A stretch of 63,348 bases of DNA, counting the filler, from Stramenopiles sp. TOSAG23-3 (Eukaryota), in NCBI GenBank assembly GCA_900128585.1. It is 8 parts of 8 records of this genome, joined end to end, with 100 filler letters (N's around TTAATTAATTAA, not from the genome) between each part and the next. Parts side by side here need not be neighbours in the genome. Positions count along the whole stretch, not along the records: positions 1 to 13,867 come from LT642602.1; 7 more parts are not named here. One strand, written 5' to 3'. The translations under genes were made by a program, and so were the position numbers. This document shows positions 1 through 10,071 of the stretch, piece after piece. The first letter of the stretch is position 1. Every line of letters starts with the position of its first letter. The notes under the pieces are model-generated. The model did no database searches. It was not told where the DNA came from and was given only the letters and a program-made list of their open reading frames with translations.

Positions 1-71
<71 letters not shown>

Positions 72-74
72 TTC
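1..74. repeat. (CTTT)n microsatellite at contig start
   Basis: Near-perfect TTTC tandem run seen directly. Confidence 0.95.
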
Positions 75-556
75 ATGATGACTCCTTCTCTCCCTCACCT
101 CCTCTTCCCTCCGCTTCTTCCCTCCTCTAACCTACCGTACCGACCTCCTACTATCTCTTTATTAATAAATATTAGAAGAACCACCCATTCACCACCACCA
201 AGAAGAGAGCAGAAGAGACCACCAACAAAAACAACAACCGGATGATTTTGATGATGATGATTGAATTACTTGACTCTGTATACCTCTGGAAATTAATACG
301 TAGGTATGTATGTCATCATCAATAATGTGTCAAGACTCAAGAATGATGACGAAAGAGGGGCATGTACTGTGTACCGTTTTGCATTCAAAGGCTAAATAAC
401 TATAAGATTAAGAAACAAAGAAGCGCGTTGAACAAGGAAACATTATTGTGTAACTCAGATAAGGTAAGCCCAGGGACGGAGAATTAAATTAGCTTTTCAA
501 GACCAGGCCAGACCGAACACCGAGGGAGCACCAGGGAACGGACGAACATACGCACG

Positions 557-2197
557 ATGAAATCCGCAAGTTCTGACATGGCTACTAGCCGCTTGCAGAC
601 TTCGTCAAATGGTCAAAGCTTCTCCGCCGCGGCCATTAAGGCGGTGGCCTCGGACTTGGGAGGGGCGGGGTCGAGGGTAGGGCTGGCGGACGACGCCTGC
701 AATGTAATTGGGACGAGCGCGGAGTACCGCATACGTCAAATAATTGAGGAGGCGAAAAAGTATGCGAGGGCGGGAAAACGGTTCCGCTTGCACTCCAGCG
801 ACGTGGACGGGGCGTTGAACCAACTGGGTTCCGTGAAAATTTACGGGGTCCTCTCCGACGACAGCGAAGTAGCGAGCCGTCTCAAGCTTTTGCAACGGGA
901 ACGAGAGGCGACGGGGAAAAAGGGAAAGTCCGTTGCCAGCAGCACGCCCCAACTGGACAAAATACAGGCCATGTCTCGGACGACCGTGGACCTCGACAGG
1001 TTCTGTGACATGGAGCTGCCGCCGGTGCCGCTGGAGCCTGTGGTAGGTGTGCACTGGCTTGCGGTCGATGGCGTCATGCCGTCGACGGCTCAAAACATAG
1101 AAATTTCGGGTCGGTCGAATGTGGTGGGGCGCGGGAGCGGCGCGGCTGGTGAGAACGCTGCCGGCATGGCTGCGAACGGGAAACGGAAGCATGGCATGGC
1201 GGCCAGCACGACGAACCCAGACACGGGAGTGCGGTACCACAATCTGTCGCAAGAGCAGCAGGTATATTTGAAGCAGCTCCAGGCGCACTTGCTGGAGGAT
1301 TGCACCCAGACCAGGTCCCGGAAAAAAGTTAAGTATGGCAAAACCATTGAGGCAGGACCTTCCTCCACGAAAATCTCCACGGCCCTTCGACGGCTGCAGA
1401 GCGACCCCTTGGGGACGCTCCAGCCCCTCTTGCCGTACTTGGTTCAATGGGTCGCCTCTCAAATCCACGGCCACATCCATGAGCACTTTGTTCTTATTGC
1501 GCTTGTCCGCGCCTCCTACGCGATGGTGGCTAATTCCAATATAGAATTGGAGCTGTACCTGGACCAGTTGATACCATCCCTGGTGACCTGCATCGTCAAC
1601 AAGCGCCTGTGCAAGAGTGGCCTGCACGACGACCATTGGGAATTACGAATGCTGGCGGCCAATACTGTGGCAAGGATATGTGAAAAATACGGGAACAGGT
1701 ACCCAAAACTGCAGCTTCGCATTGCAAAAACGTACCGAAAGGCCCTCACGGTCCCAAACGCCCCGTGGACGACCGTGTACGGCGCCCTGGCAGGCCTGTT
1801 TCAACTGGGAGAGCACGCCGTGGAAGCGGTTCTGCTGCCCGTGGCCGAACCGTTCGTAACGCGCGTCCAAAGTGTTTTGGAAACTGCCAAAGGGAAAAAT
1901 AGGAAGGGGGCGGAGGGCGGCGAAGAGGCCTCCGTTGCCCTCTTCAATGCAGAGAAGTGCTACGGGATGCTCTTGATGGCCGCTGGGCTTTTGTTCCAGG
2001 CGAAGAGTGGCAATCCAAACGGTGTGGGGGGCGGCGGCGGCGTGGGGGGCGCACTGAGCAGCATAGAGGACATCAAAATGAAAGTTAAGTTGCAGTCGCT
2101 TTTGGGGGATAAGCTGTTGCCCTTCTGCCCGAAAAGCAAGCATGGAAGAAACCGTGCTCGTGTAGAAAACTCCATATTAGGAAATGTGCTCATCTAA
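557..2197 (+). CDS. TAF6: TFIID subunit 6 (TAF6)
   Basis: 546-aa ORF. N-terminal histone fold (EYRIRQIIEEAKKYARAGKRFRLHSSDVDGAL), HWLAVDGVMP motif, HNLSQEQQVY, and HEAT-like C-domain (LQPLLPY, ELYLDQLIPSLVTC, DHWELR). Confidence 0.93.
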   Translation: MKSASSDMATSRLQTSSNGQSFSAAAIKAVASDLGGAGSRVGLADDACNVIGTSAEYRIRQIIEEAKKYARAGKRFRLHSSDVDGALNQLGSVKIYGVLSDDSEVASRLKLLQREREATGKKGKSVASSTPQLDKIQAMSRTTVDLDRFCDMELPPVPLEPVVGVHWLAVDGVMPSTAQNIEISGRSNVVGRGSGAAGENAAGMAANGKRKHGMAASTTNPDTGVRYHNLSQEQQVYLKQLQAHLLEDCTQTRSRKKVKYGKTIEAGPSSTKISTALRRLQSDPLGTLQPLLPYLVQWVASQIHGHIHEHFVLIALVRASYAMVANSNIELELYLDQLIPSLVTCIVNKRLCKSGLHDDHWELRMLAANTVARICEKYGNRYPKLQLRIAKTYRKALTVPNAPWTTVYGALAGLFQLGEHAVEAVLLPVAEPFVTRVQSVLETAKGKNRKGAEGGEEASVALFNAEKCYGMLLMAAGLLFQAKSGNPNGVGGGGGVGGALSSIEDIKMKVKLQSLLGDKLLPFCPKSKHGRNRARVENSILGNVLI

Positions 2198-2358
2198 CCA
2201 CTGGTGCACAAGTGTCAAGCGTTACTATGGTCGATGGGAGCATTGCACCGATCCGATTGAATTTAAGTTTATTTGAAAAGAGTTTTATTTACCTTCGCAC
2301 GAGTACCTAACGTTCTTCGGTCGTTTAATTTTTTTTATACTCTCTTAATTTTCTGTCG

Positions 2359-3282
2359 TCACGTTTCTAAATAAGCATCGTCGTCTTCCGACGTGGACTT
2401 CCAGGTCTCGTGGTCTATTTCGGCTTTCATGGCCGCGTCGTCGCTTCTTACGCGTAAATTTTGGTAAGGGTTTTTTCGATCCAGCACCTTCACCTCTATA
2501 GAAAAATGAGCGTACATTTTCCCGTCTTTGCTGTCCGGTCCACTCTTGTAGTCCACGGGGTTCCCGCCCCCATATACGCCGACGTACAGGGTATTTGAAC
2601 CGGGTGGAAACTCTGGCAAATTAGACGAGAGCTTCACGCTTTCTCCTCCTATATGTTTCGAAATCCACGTGGACGTTGTCATGGTAGGCTTTACGGTGGT
2701 TGGAGAAATGTACAAATCGGGGTCGCCATCCTCGGCACCCATCACAATCTCTATATCATGAAAATGATGGTGGGCCTCATAATCGGGCAAACACACCTGG
2801 AAAAACGCGTACTCCTCCAGAGCCACGGCCCCACCAACATACGGGGACCCCGGCCGGAGGAGAATGCCGCCGCCTACTTCAAAATTGTTGAATCCATTTT
2901 CGTCCTCGTCGCTGGACGATTGAATAAAGTACGATATCTCATTGCATGTGTTCAACAGCCTTCCGGGTGCGTCTTTGTTTGGTCTCGACGGGTTCAAAAG
3001 AGTCGGAGCAACACCTGCAGACCTGTTACTGGCTCGATCCCGCCACTTTTTTCGAAAGTCTGCTGGGGCCTTGAGTTCTTGGTCGAACGTTCCTCCTGGG
3101 CCTCCACTGGTAACGGTAAAAAAATTGTAGAGGCTATAAATCCAAAGACAAACGCAGCAACTAACAATGGAAACCGCACACAAAAATGCTGCTTGCCTGG
3201 ACTTGCACGAAAAACGCCCCCTGTTCATGAGCGACTTTCGGCGCAATCGCCGCTCACGTTCCTTCACCATGACGGGAAGCAT
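2359..3282 (-). CDS. Type II membrane protein with a PPC-like (pre-peptidase C-terminal) beta-sandwich domain, function unknown
   Basis: 307-aa ORF. N-terminal basic stretch plus TM helix (AAFLCAVSIVSCCVCLWIYSLY); GDPDLYIS...LYVGVYG...FSIEV pattern resembles PPC domains. Confidence 0.6.
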   Translation of the reverse strand: MLPVMVKERERRLRRKSLMNRGRFSCKSRQAAFLCAVSIVSCCVCLWIYSLYNFFTVTSGGPGGTFDQELKAPADFRKKWRDRASNRSAGVAPTLLNPSRPNKDAPGRLLNTCNEISYFIQSSSDEDENGFNNFEVGGGILLRPGSPYVGGAVALEEYAFFQVCLPDYEAHHHFHDIEIVMGAEDGDPDLYISPTTVKPTMTTSTWISKHIGGESVKLSSNLPEFPPGSNTLYVGVYGGGNPVDYKSGPDSKDGKMYAHFSIEVKVLDRKNPYQNLRVRSDDAAMKAEIDHETWKSTSEDDDAYLET

Positions 3283-3905
3283 GGCGAAGGCACAAACGTA
3301 GGCGTTACTTAGCCGTGTTTAAAAGTAGTCCACCCGTCCGCCGGCGGTGAATGAGGGGAGTCGTGTGTCAAGGAGGAGGGCGGTGTCGTATTGTCACGCG
3401 CGTATGCCTATAAGATTGACGGTGGTGCAAAAAACAATTAACGCGGTTGATTCCAGTGAAGGGTTTGTTAATAGCCATAGACGAATAAACTGGGGGGCGG
3501 TATTATTTCAATGATGAACATACAGGAGAGGCTTCTTAGGAATTAATTCTTCAGAAGATTTTTCCAGGAGAAGAGGAGGAAAGTAGGAGGAGGAGGAAGA
3601 GAAAAAAGAAAAATTTATTAAATAAATAATAATATTAATTATAATACAGTATTTATTACAACAACAACAACAAAACAAACTGTTTTTTATTATTTATAGG
3701 AAGAAGAAGAAAGACTTTCTTTCTACCTCTCTTCTTCTTCTTCTCTCTTCTTGTGTTTGCTGCTGCTGAGGTGTATAATTTATTTTATTACAATAATAAT
3801 ATAATAACAACACAGCAGAAGAAAGAAGAAGAAGAAGAAGAGGAAAAAAAAAAAATAATAATAATAAAATATAATAATAATACAGCAGCAAAATAATACT
3901 GCTGT

Positions 3906-3938
<33 letters not shown>

Positions 3939-4101
3939 CTTGGTAATATAAAAATTAAAATCTTTCCTTCTTTTGAACATACTTCAATAACGACCAATGT
4001 ATGAAAGAAACGAAATAGATAAATAGATTAATGAAGAATCGTACAGAATCAAGATTCCTATCGGGTTGTTGCGTTCCTCTCATTCCATTCATGGTTAGAC
4101 G

Positions 4102-5235
4102 ATGATATGGGTGCACAGCAGACGTATTTTAGAACGTGGGCCTTGTCGTGCACTTGGGGGAGGTGCCTCGAGCACGTGCCGCCTCTTGTCCGGTGCGACA
4201 AAGAAAACGGGTGCTGGCCGGCAGCGTAACGATGTTGGGAAAATAAACCCGCCATCGGTGTCCCCCTTTGCGGTACAGATGGGTGGGTATTGTTTCCCTC
4301 ACCCGGATAAAGTTCGAGACGGGGAGAAGGGTGTCGTAAAGAAGCACTTGGGCCACGGGGGGGAAGACGCGTTCTTTGGGGACGGCACTTCGTTTGTAGG
4401 GGTGGCGGATGGTATCTACGAGTGGAGGAGCAAAGGAATTGATGCTGGGTTGTTTTCACGGTCGTTGATGGAAAGTGCCTACGATTTTTGTGTTGGGCAT
4501 TCGCCACGTTTGGAACCCCGGCCCGGCGGAGAACCTTACACAACTGGCCGCGAAATTTTTCAGGCCGCAGAAAACCATGTAGTAAAGGAAAAGCTCCAAG
4601 GCAGCTCGACGTTGTGCATTTTTGGTATTTTGCCGTACGAGGGGCTGGAGGGTTACTTGACCAGGGAAGGGGGGGCGAATTTTCACGCGATGAACCACCC
4701 TGCCAACAAAAAAGTATGGGCCGGCAAATTAGGAGAAGACGTCCCTGATGTGTCATCCCTGTTCAGGCCCGATGCAATGGTCGGGCATTGCGTCAACCTG
4801 GGCGACAGTGGTGTTTTGGTGTGCCGTCCGTCGACGAAGGAGGTCTTATTCCGTACTTGTCAGCAAGAGCACTCGTTCGGTTGCCCTTTTCAGCTTGGCC
4901 ATGAGCCCCATGCCGACACTTTTTCCGACGCAGACTCGTGCTACATTGGGGGGTTGAAAGGTGGCGACATAGCCATCGTTGGTTCGGATGGCTTGTTTGA
5001 CAATTTGACCGACGAAGCCGTCGTGGAAATATGTGCAACGAGCGTGAAAGAGAATGCACGTCCCCAAACCCTTGCCATGGCGTTGGTCAAGGAAGCCTTC
5101 GAAAACAGCATCAACTCGAAAATCGATACTCCCTACAGCCTGTCGGCAACGGAAGAATTTTCTATTATTTACAAGGGTGGGAAGAAGGATGATATTGCGG
5201 CCGTTGTTGCTCAGCTGACAGAAAACGCACCATAA
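4102..5235 (+). CDS. PTC7: Protein phosphatase 2C, PTC7/PPTC7 type, probably mitochondrial
   Basis: PHPDK, GGEDAFF, VGVADG, GSSTLC, NLGDSG, QEHSFGCPFQL, GSDGLFDN, GGKKDDI motifs; Arg-rich N-terminus like a transit peptide. Confidence 0.88.
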   Translation: MIWVHSRRILERGPCRALGGGASSTCRLLSGATKKTGAGRQRNDVGKINPPSVSPFAVQMGGYCFPHPDKVRDGEKGVVKKHLGHGGEDAFFGDGTSFVGVADGIYEWRSKGIDAGLFSRSLMESAYDFCVGHSPRLEPRPGGEPYTTGREIFQAAENHVVKEKLQGSSTLCIFGILPYEGLEGYLTREGGANFHAMNHPANKKVWAGKLGEDVPDVSSLFRPDAMVGHCVNLGDSGVLVCRPSTKEVLFRTCQQEHSFGCPFQLGHEPHADTFSDADSCYIGGLKGGDIAIVGSDGLFDNLTDEAVVEICATSVKENARPQTLAMALVKEAFENSINSKIDTPYSLSATEEFSIIYKGGKKDDIAAVVAQLTENAP

Positions 5236-6528
5236 CAATCATGGTCGTCCCGTCATGAAAGTGTACTGCGAGACTGAAGACATATAATTCATTTGACATC
5301 ACACAATTTTTATTTTTTTACACTGTGTACAAATTTTTAAGTTTTGAGCCTGAGAGGTGGGTGGGGAGGAGGAGGAGGATAGGTGCTTCGTCGAGCTTTG
5401 AGATAATATTTTGAGAGATTCATCTTCATTTCTTCTCAGCGGCTTGGAGAAGAAATAAAAGAAGAGTAAAAAAAAAAAGAACAACAAGTGAGAGCTCATC
5501 GTTATTTATTCCAGTGTGACCCAAAACGAAGTTGTGCCTCTGCTTTTCGACTTGCCTTCCTTGATGTCTTCCCCGGTGTCGTAGTCGTTTTCATTCTCTC
5601 CTGTTTGCCGTTTGGAACAGATTTGAGAGCTCTACTGCGCAGAAATATTAATGGTGATAATAAGCAGAGACAGTTTTATCAAATTTTCAAAGTTCTACAA
5701 TCACAGTTTTTCAAAATTTTGTATTTCCGGTTGAAGCGTTGCATAACCCATGTCGGCAAGAAACGAAGAAGAAAGATATGGAGAAAATGAAAAAATAATG
5801 AAATATGATAATGTAATATATAGACACAATATACGTAACGACGAGTAGTCAATATTTATAATAATTCACGCGAAGAATAATGTTTCCAATCAATCATCAT
5901 CAAAATCACAGACACTTAAGTAAGTACTTGGTATCATCATAGTCTACCGGAATCATCAAAAAAAGAGGAAGAAGAAGAAGAAGGGAAGAAATCAAAGAAA
6001 CAACAGAGGGAATATTATATAGGAAATGTGAATTAGTATACATACAGTACAAAACTGTCGAGGCATTTGCCAAGGTATTAATACCAATGGTAGATATTTA
6101 TATAGAGAGAGGAGGAGAGAGAAGAGTCTCTATATTAATTATACATAAAATACATTCACACACATGATACACCACCACCGCCAGCAAAGAGTTGAACAAT
6201 GAACGCATTATTTACGTTACTATCGTACCCTCTCGCTCATCAGATGGCAGGACAGGACACGTCAGCAGATGAGAGTGTCCACACCGTCCTACACGTTGTG
6301 CATAGGAAATTGGGAATTGTTTTATTCCTGTGGGGCTCAAGAGCCATCTGGACGACTGCGCCTCTTTATTGAACCGTCTCATCTTGCATCCCAGACCTCG
6401 AGTGTGCGTAAGGTTGTGAAGTGGGAGGTTGCCGACGCCACATCAAGTTCGCGAACGACTGGACGACGAGCCTGTGTTCGCTTGTTCTTGTCCCCCTGAC
6501 AGGAAGTTTTTCGAACGTAAGTTGCGAC

Positions 6529-7518
6529 ATGGCACATACTGGCCGCAATGAAGTTTTGTTGGGTGTTTTGGCTGGGCTTTTTGTATGTATTATTTTTCTT
6601 GTCCTGTCTGCGTTGCGTAAAGCGGTGTCTTCTACCGTCTCCGTGGGCATGCTGTTGTTTTACGAGCTCGCGCAGATAATAATGTATGTGACACTTTTTT
6701 TGCAGATAATAGATTTGGTGTCTATTCCGCTTTTACTCGGTGTAGATCAGACCAAGGACAGCACAGAGTGCACAGTGCATGGTGGGCTGTACATATATAT
6801 CACGCTCTACTATTACTGCACGACTACGCTGCTTGCGGTCGAAACTTTTCTCTACTGTTTGCTGTCGACAAAATGGTCTCTAAAACACCAAAAGAACCAG
6901 GTTTCAAGACGACGAATATTGTATACCATCATCACCCTTGTAGCAGTACATTCAGAATATGTGTATGTTTCGTTCACACTGGGGTATGGACGGAATAATA
7001 TTGGTTGCACATTTAAGGGGTCTAACGGCCCTGGGACGCCCTTGTCAACACCCGACGCGTGGAAATTTCATGCATTTCCAGCCACATTACTTTCCATCAC
7101 TCTTTTGTCGGTCTGTGCAACATTTGCTTTGCTAAAAACAGTGAAAGCGGTGGATTCAAAGACTCGTTTGAGAGTGGTTGGTCGTATGGCGTGTCTTCCT
7201 GTCCTTGCGTTTATGCATTGGATTCTTGTCATATTGAAGCGGCTGCACTTTCCTCTCGTAAAGAACTTCCCTGTGCGCGAATTGGTTGCCTTCAGAGGTC
7301 TGTTTATTTCTATGTTCTTGTATGTCGTGAATGATAAGATACGACAGTACACTAATGAAAGCATATGTGCTTGTTTTCGCCGTTTGATGCACACTGCGCC
7401 TGTCTCCAGCAAAGTCTCTCCCCTCCTTGAGAGCGGTGACGCAAGTTATGTTCAACTTGACGATGGTATTCACGAGACCGAATTTACAGAGTACGAAGCA
7501 CCACATGGCATGTACTAA
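6529..7518 (+). CDS. Seven-transmembrane GPCR-like protein (cAMP receptor/GCR1-like)
   Basis: First ATG at 6529. About seven hydrophobic segments; Cys before TM3 (ECTVHGG) and in ECL2 (IGC); LP..W in TM6; helix-8-like NDKIR. Confidence 0.6.
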   Translation: MAHTGRNEVLLGVLAGLFVCIIFLVLSALRKAVSSTVSVGMLLFYELAQIIMYVTLFLQIIDLVSIPLLLGVDQTKDSTECTVHGGLYIYITLYYYCTTTLLAVETFLYCLLSTKWSLKHQKNQVSRRRILYTIITLVAVHSEYVYVSFTLGYGRNNIGCTFKGSNGPGTPLSTPDAWKFHAFPATLLSITLLSVCATFALLKTVKAVDSKTRLRVVGRMACLPVLAFMHWILVILKRLHFPLVKNFPVRELVAFRGLFISMFLYVVNDKIRQYTNESICACFRRLMHTAPVSSKVSPLLESGDASYVQLDDGIHETEFTEYEAPHGMY

Positions 7519-8035
7519 AATTATGGTACCGGTAGTTATTATTATAAAAAATACCAAAAATAATAATAATAATATTAATAATAAATAATAATAAAAAAAA
7601 AAAGAACAAGAACAGACCAGTAGTAGTACTATATAAAAATAACCAAAAAAAAATAATACTGTAATAAAAATACTACACCACCACTACTAATAAAATATAC
7701 AAAAAAAAAAATATATTATAAAATGTAATAGTCGTTCTAATAATAATAATATTTTGGTTTTTGTTGTTTGTTGTTGTTATACCCTTCTTGTTGGTACCGT
7801 ACGTGGTATTAATACCGTACCTGCTGTACCAATAATGGGTACCAAGTATTATTATATTATTAATAATAAAAAAATATGATCACTTTGTAGAAGGCTTTCG
7901 TCTTCTCGAGTTCTGTATAGTCTCATCTCATCGTTTAAGATGATGATGGAATTTTATTTCCGATCAACCAGAATCGAGCTAGGCGTACACCCTGGGTTTA
8001 CTAAGCCTTTCTCGTTCTTCCGTTCGTGAAGATAC

Positions 8036-9645
8036 ATGGCAGCAACCGAACCTGGTCCCGACGACGGGCTGTCTTTGCCTTACGCCGCATTGGACCCCGA
8101 CGAAACGTCGCAGGGTGTTTGTACTCGCGCCAAAAAGCAAGTGAAGCGTTGGGCTGCCGGTGGTGTGGTGCTGGTCGCCCTTGTACTAGTCGGGTCGGTG
8201 GTCATTTTATCTCAGAACTACGGCTCAGGGGAGGGGGGTATTAGCATAGGGCGCGTCCTCCACTTGTCGGACTTCCATTATGACCCGATTTATGTTCCTG
8301 AAATTTCAGGGGGGAAGCCGTGCACGTGCAATCGAGTGACAGCAGGATGGCCGTGCACGTGCAATCGAGTGACAGCAGGATGTGAAAACAGCCTTGCCGC
8401 GAAGAACGCCCCGTATGGAAGGAAGGGCTGCGACTCTCCAATGAAGCTTATCAAATCGGTCCTTCAGGCGGCCGGGTCTGCCGTTAAGTCTCCCGATTTG
8501 ATCGTATCAACGGGGGACGTGGTTCGGCACCACTCCAATATTTTGACGGAGAAGAACCGGCTTTACCGAATGTTTGAGGAGGTCTTTTCGGCCATCCTAG
8601 CCGTGTACGACGTAGGCACGACAAAAACGGCATTTCACTTGCCGCTGGAAATAGCTCAGACGTACGGGAATGACGATTTTGAGAACAATTATTTTTTTGT
8701 AAGTTTACAACCCAACGAAGCCCCGCTCGACATTCGAAAACTAACGTTTGCCACTCACAACCCCAGAATGCCACTTCCCGCGGTTGCGACGGTCCCGCTC
8801 AGCCTCTGATGGAGGACGTGCCCGAAGTCCTGGCGAAAGCGATGCGGACTTTAGACAGTGCAAACAACAAAACGCTGCGGTGTGCCGGCTACTACATCAT
8901 GCACGTGTCCGACAAGTTTTCGGTCGTAGTGCTGAACACAGTTTTGTACAGTACACGGCACAAACCGGCGTATCCCGCGGACCAACAGGGCGACCCAATG
9001 GGACAATTCGCGTGGCTCCGCGCTGTCCTGGGTCGGTGCCGGGAAGAAAAACGCTCGGTGTGGGTTGTGGGGCACATTGCCCCAGGGTACGACAGCTTCG
9101 AGTTCAAACAGATGTGGTCTGAGCAGTACACTGCTTCGTACATAGACATAATTTCAGCGCACCACGACGTAGTCAAAGGGCAACTGTATGGGCACGAACA
9201 CCTGAATACCTACCGTCTGTTCGAAGAAGACACAAACATCGAGGCGCCAATCATCCTATCGGGGTCTGTCTCCCCTATATTTGGGAACGCCCCTTCGTTC
9301 CGAGTGATTGAATACGACAAGGAAACTTTCGAAATTCTAGATGTGGTTAGTTATGGAACTGGGCGCATCGATGAAGCCGAAGGGGGCAAGCACTGGAAGG
9401 AACGCTTTCGCTTCAACGACGTGTTTAAAACGCGTAGTTTGTCCTCGGCCTCGCTCCGGGACCTAACCGAACGCTTGGGCAACGACGAAAAGTTAATGCG
9501 CGTTTACCATTTCCGAAAGGCAGATACGGACACCGCTCCGTGGCCCAAAACCGGGACGGTTCTCCCGTTTCCCGGCGATAAGCATGAGCTCTGTGCGATG
9601 AAACATTTGCAAGAAACGCCATTCGGTCGGTGCCTGGGCGCGTAA
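8036..9645 (+). CDS. Acid sphingomyelinase-like/endopolyphosphatase-like metallophosphoesterase; join(8036..8698,8767..9645), 513 aa
   Basis: N-terminal TM anchor; LHLSDFHYDP, GCDSP, TGD, GNDD, VLNT, GHIAPG, YGHEH, SVSP..GNAPSFR motifs split over two ORFs that are joined in frame by a 68-nt intron. Confidence 0.88.
8317..8382 (+). repeat. Perfect 33-nt tandem duplication within the CDS
   Basis: GCCGTGCACGTGCAATCGAGTGACAGCAGGATG x2, encoding PCTCNRVTAG twice. Confidence 0.95.
8699..8766 (+). other. Spliceosomal intron, 68 nt, phase 0
   Basis: GTAAGT donor at 8699, CTAAC branch site at 8741, CCCCAG acceptor ending 8766. Removal gives ...NNYFF|NATSRGCDGPAQPLMEDV..., in frame with the 8809 ORF. 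Confidence 0.9.
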
Positions 9646-10071
9646 GCGTGCCAGTACGAAGGGGGCTCGCTGCCGGGCCCGCCGTCTCTCTGGTCGTCTG
9701 CCCGTAAGCGTGCTCGTGTTTTTTTCCCCGTTTTTAAATTTTGAAAGTCGAATCAGAATAATGTTAAAAAAGCTCAACAATTGGCCAAAAGTGTTCTATA
9801 AAATGTATTTTTTTAAAAGTAACTCAGCCAGTTTTTGTTAAAATTTAAAACAGTAGTACGACCGTAGGATCGTTCGACAAAGGAAAAGGAATGGAAGGTT
9901 CTTCTTCTTTTGTTTTTTGCGCTGCAGGGGGGAAGGAATGTTTGTTTGAAATGTCTTGTTTTGATACAAAAAGTATTCCGTTGTATCATAGCATAAGCAG
10001 TATCGCACCATATACCATAAACACCCACGGTCACGATTCCGCCCCCTTTCGTAATCTTAACTTGGGCACGT

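Noticed and set aside
605-1636. 343-aa minus-strand ORF (and similar ones at 12201-13218, 10777-11457, 58200-59365)
   Set aside because: Shadows of well-supported genes on the opposite strand, explained by GC-rich codon usage.
8748-8812. Frameshift or pseudogene in the phosphoesterase
   Set aside because: Fully explained by the canonical 68-nt intron.
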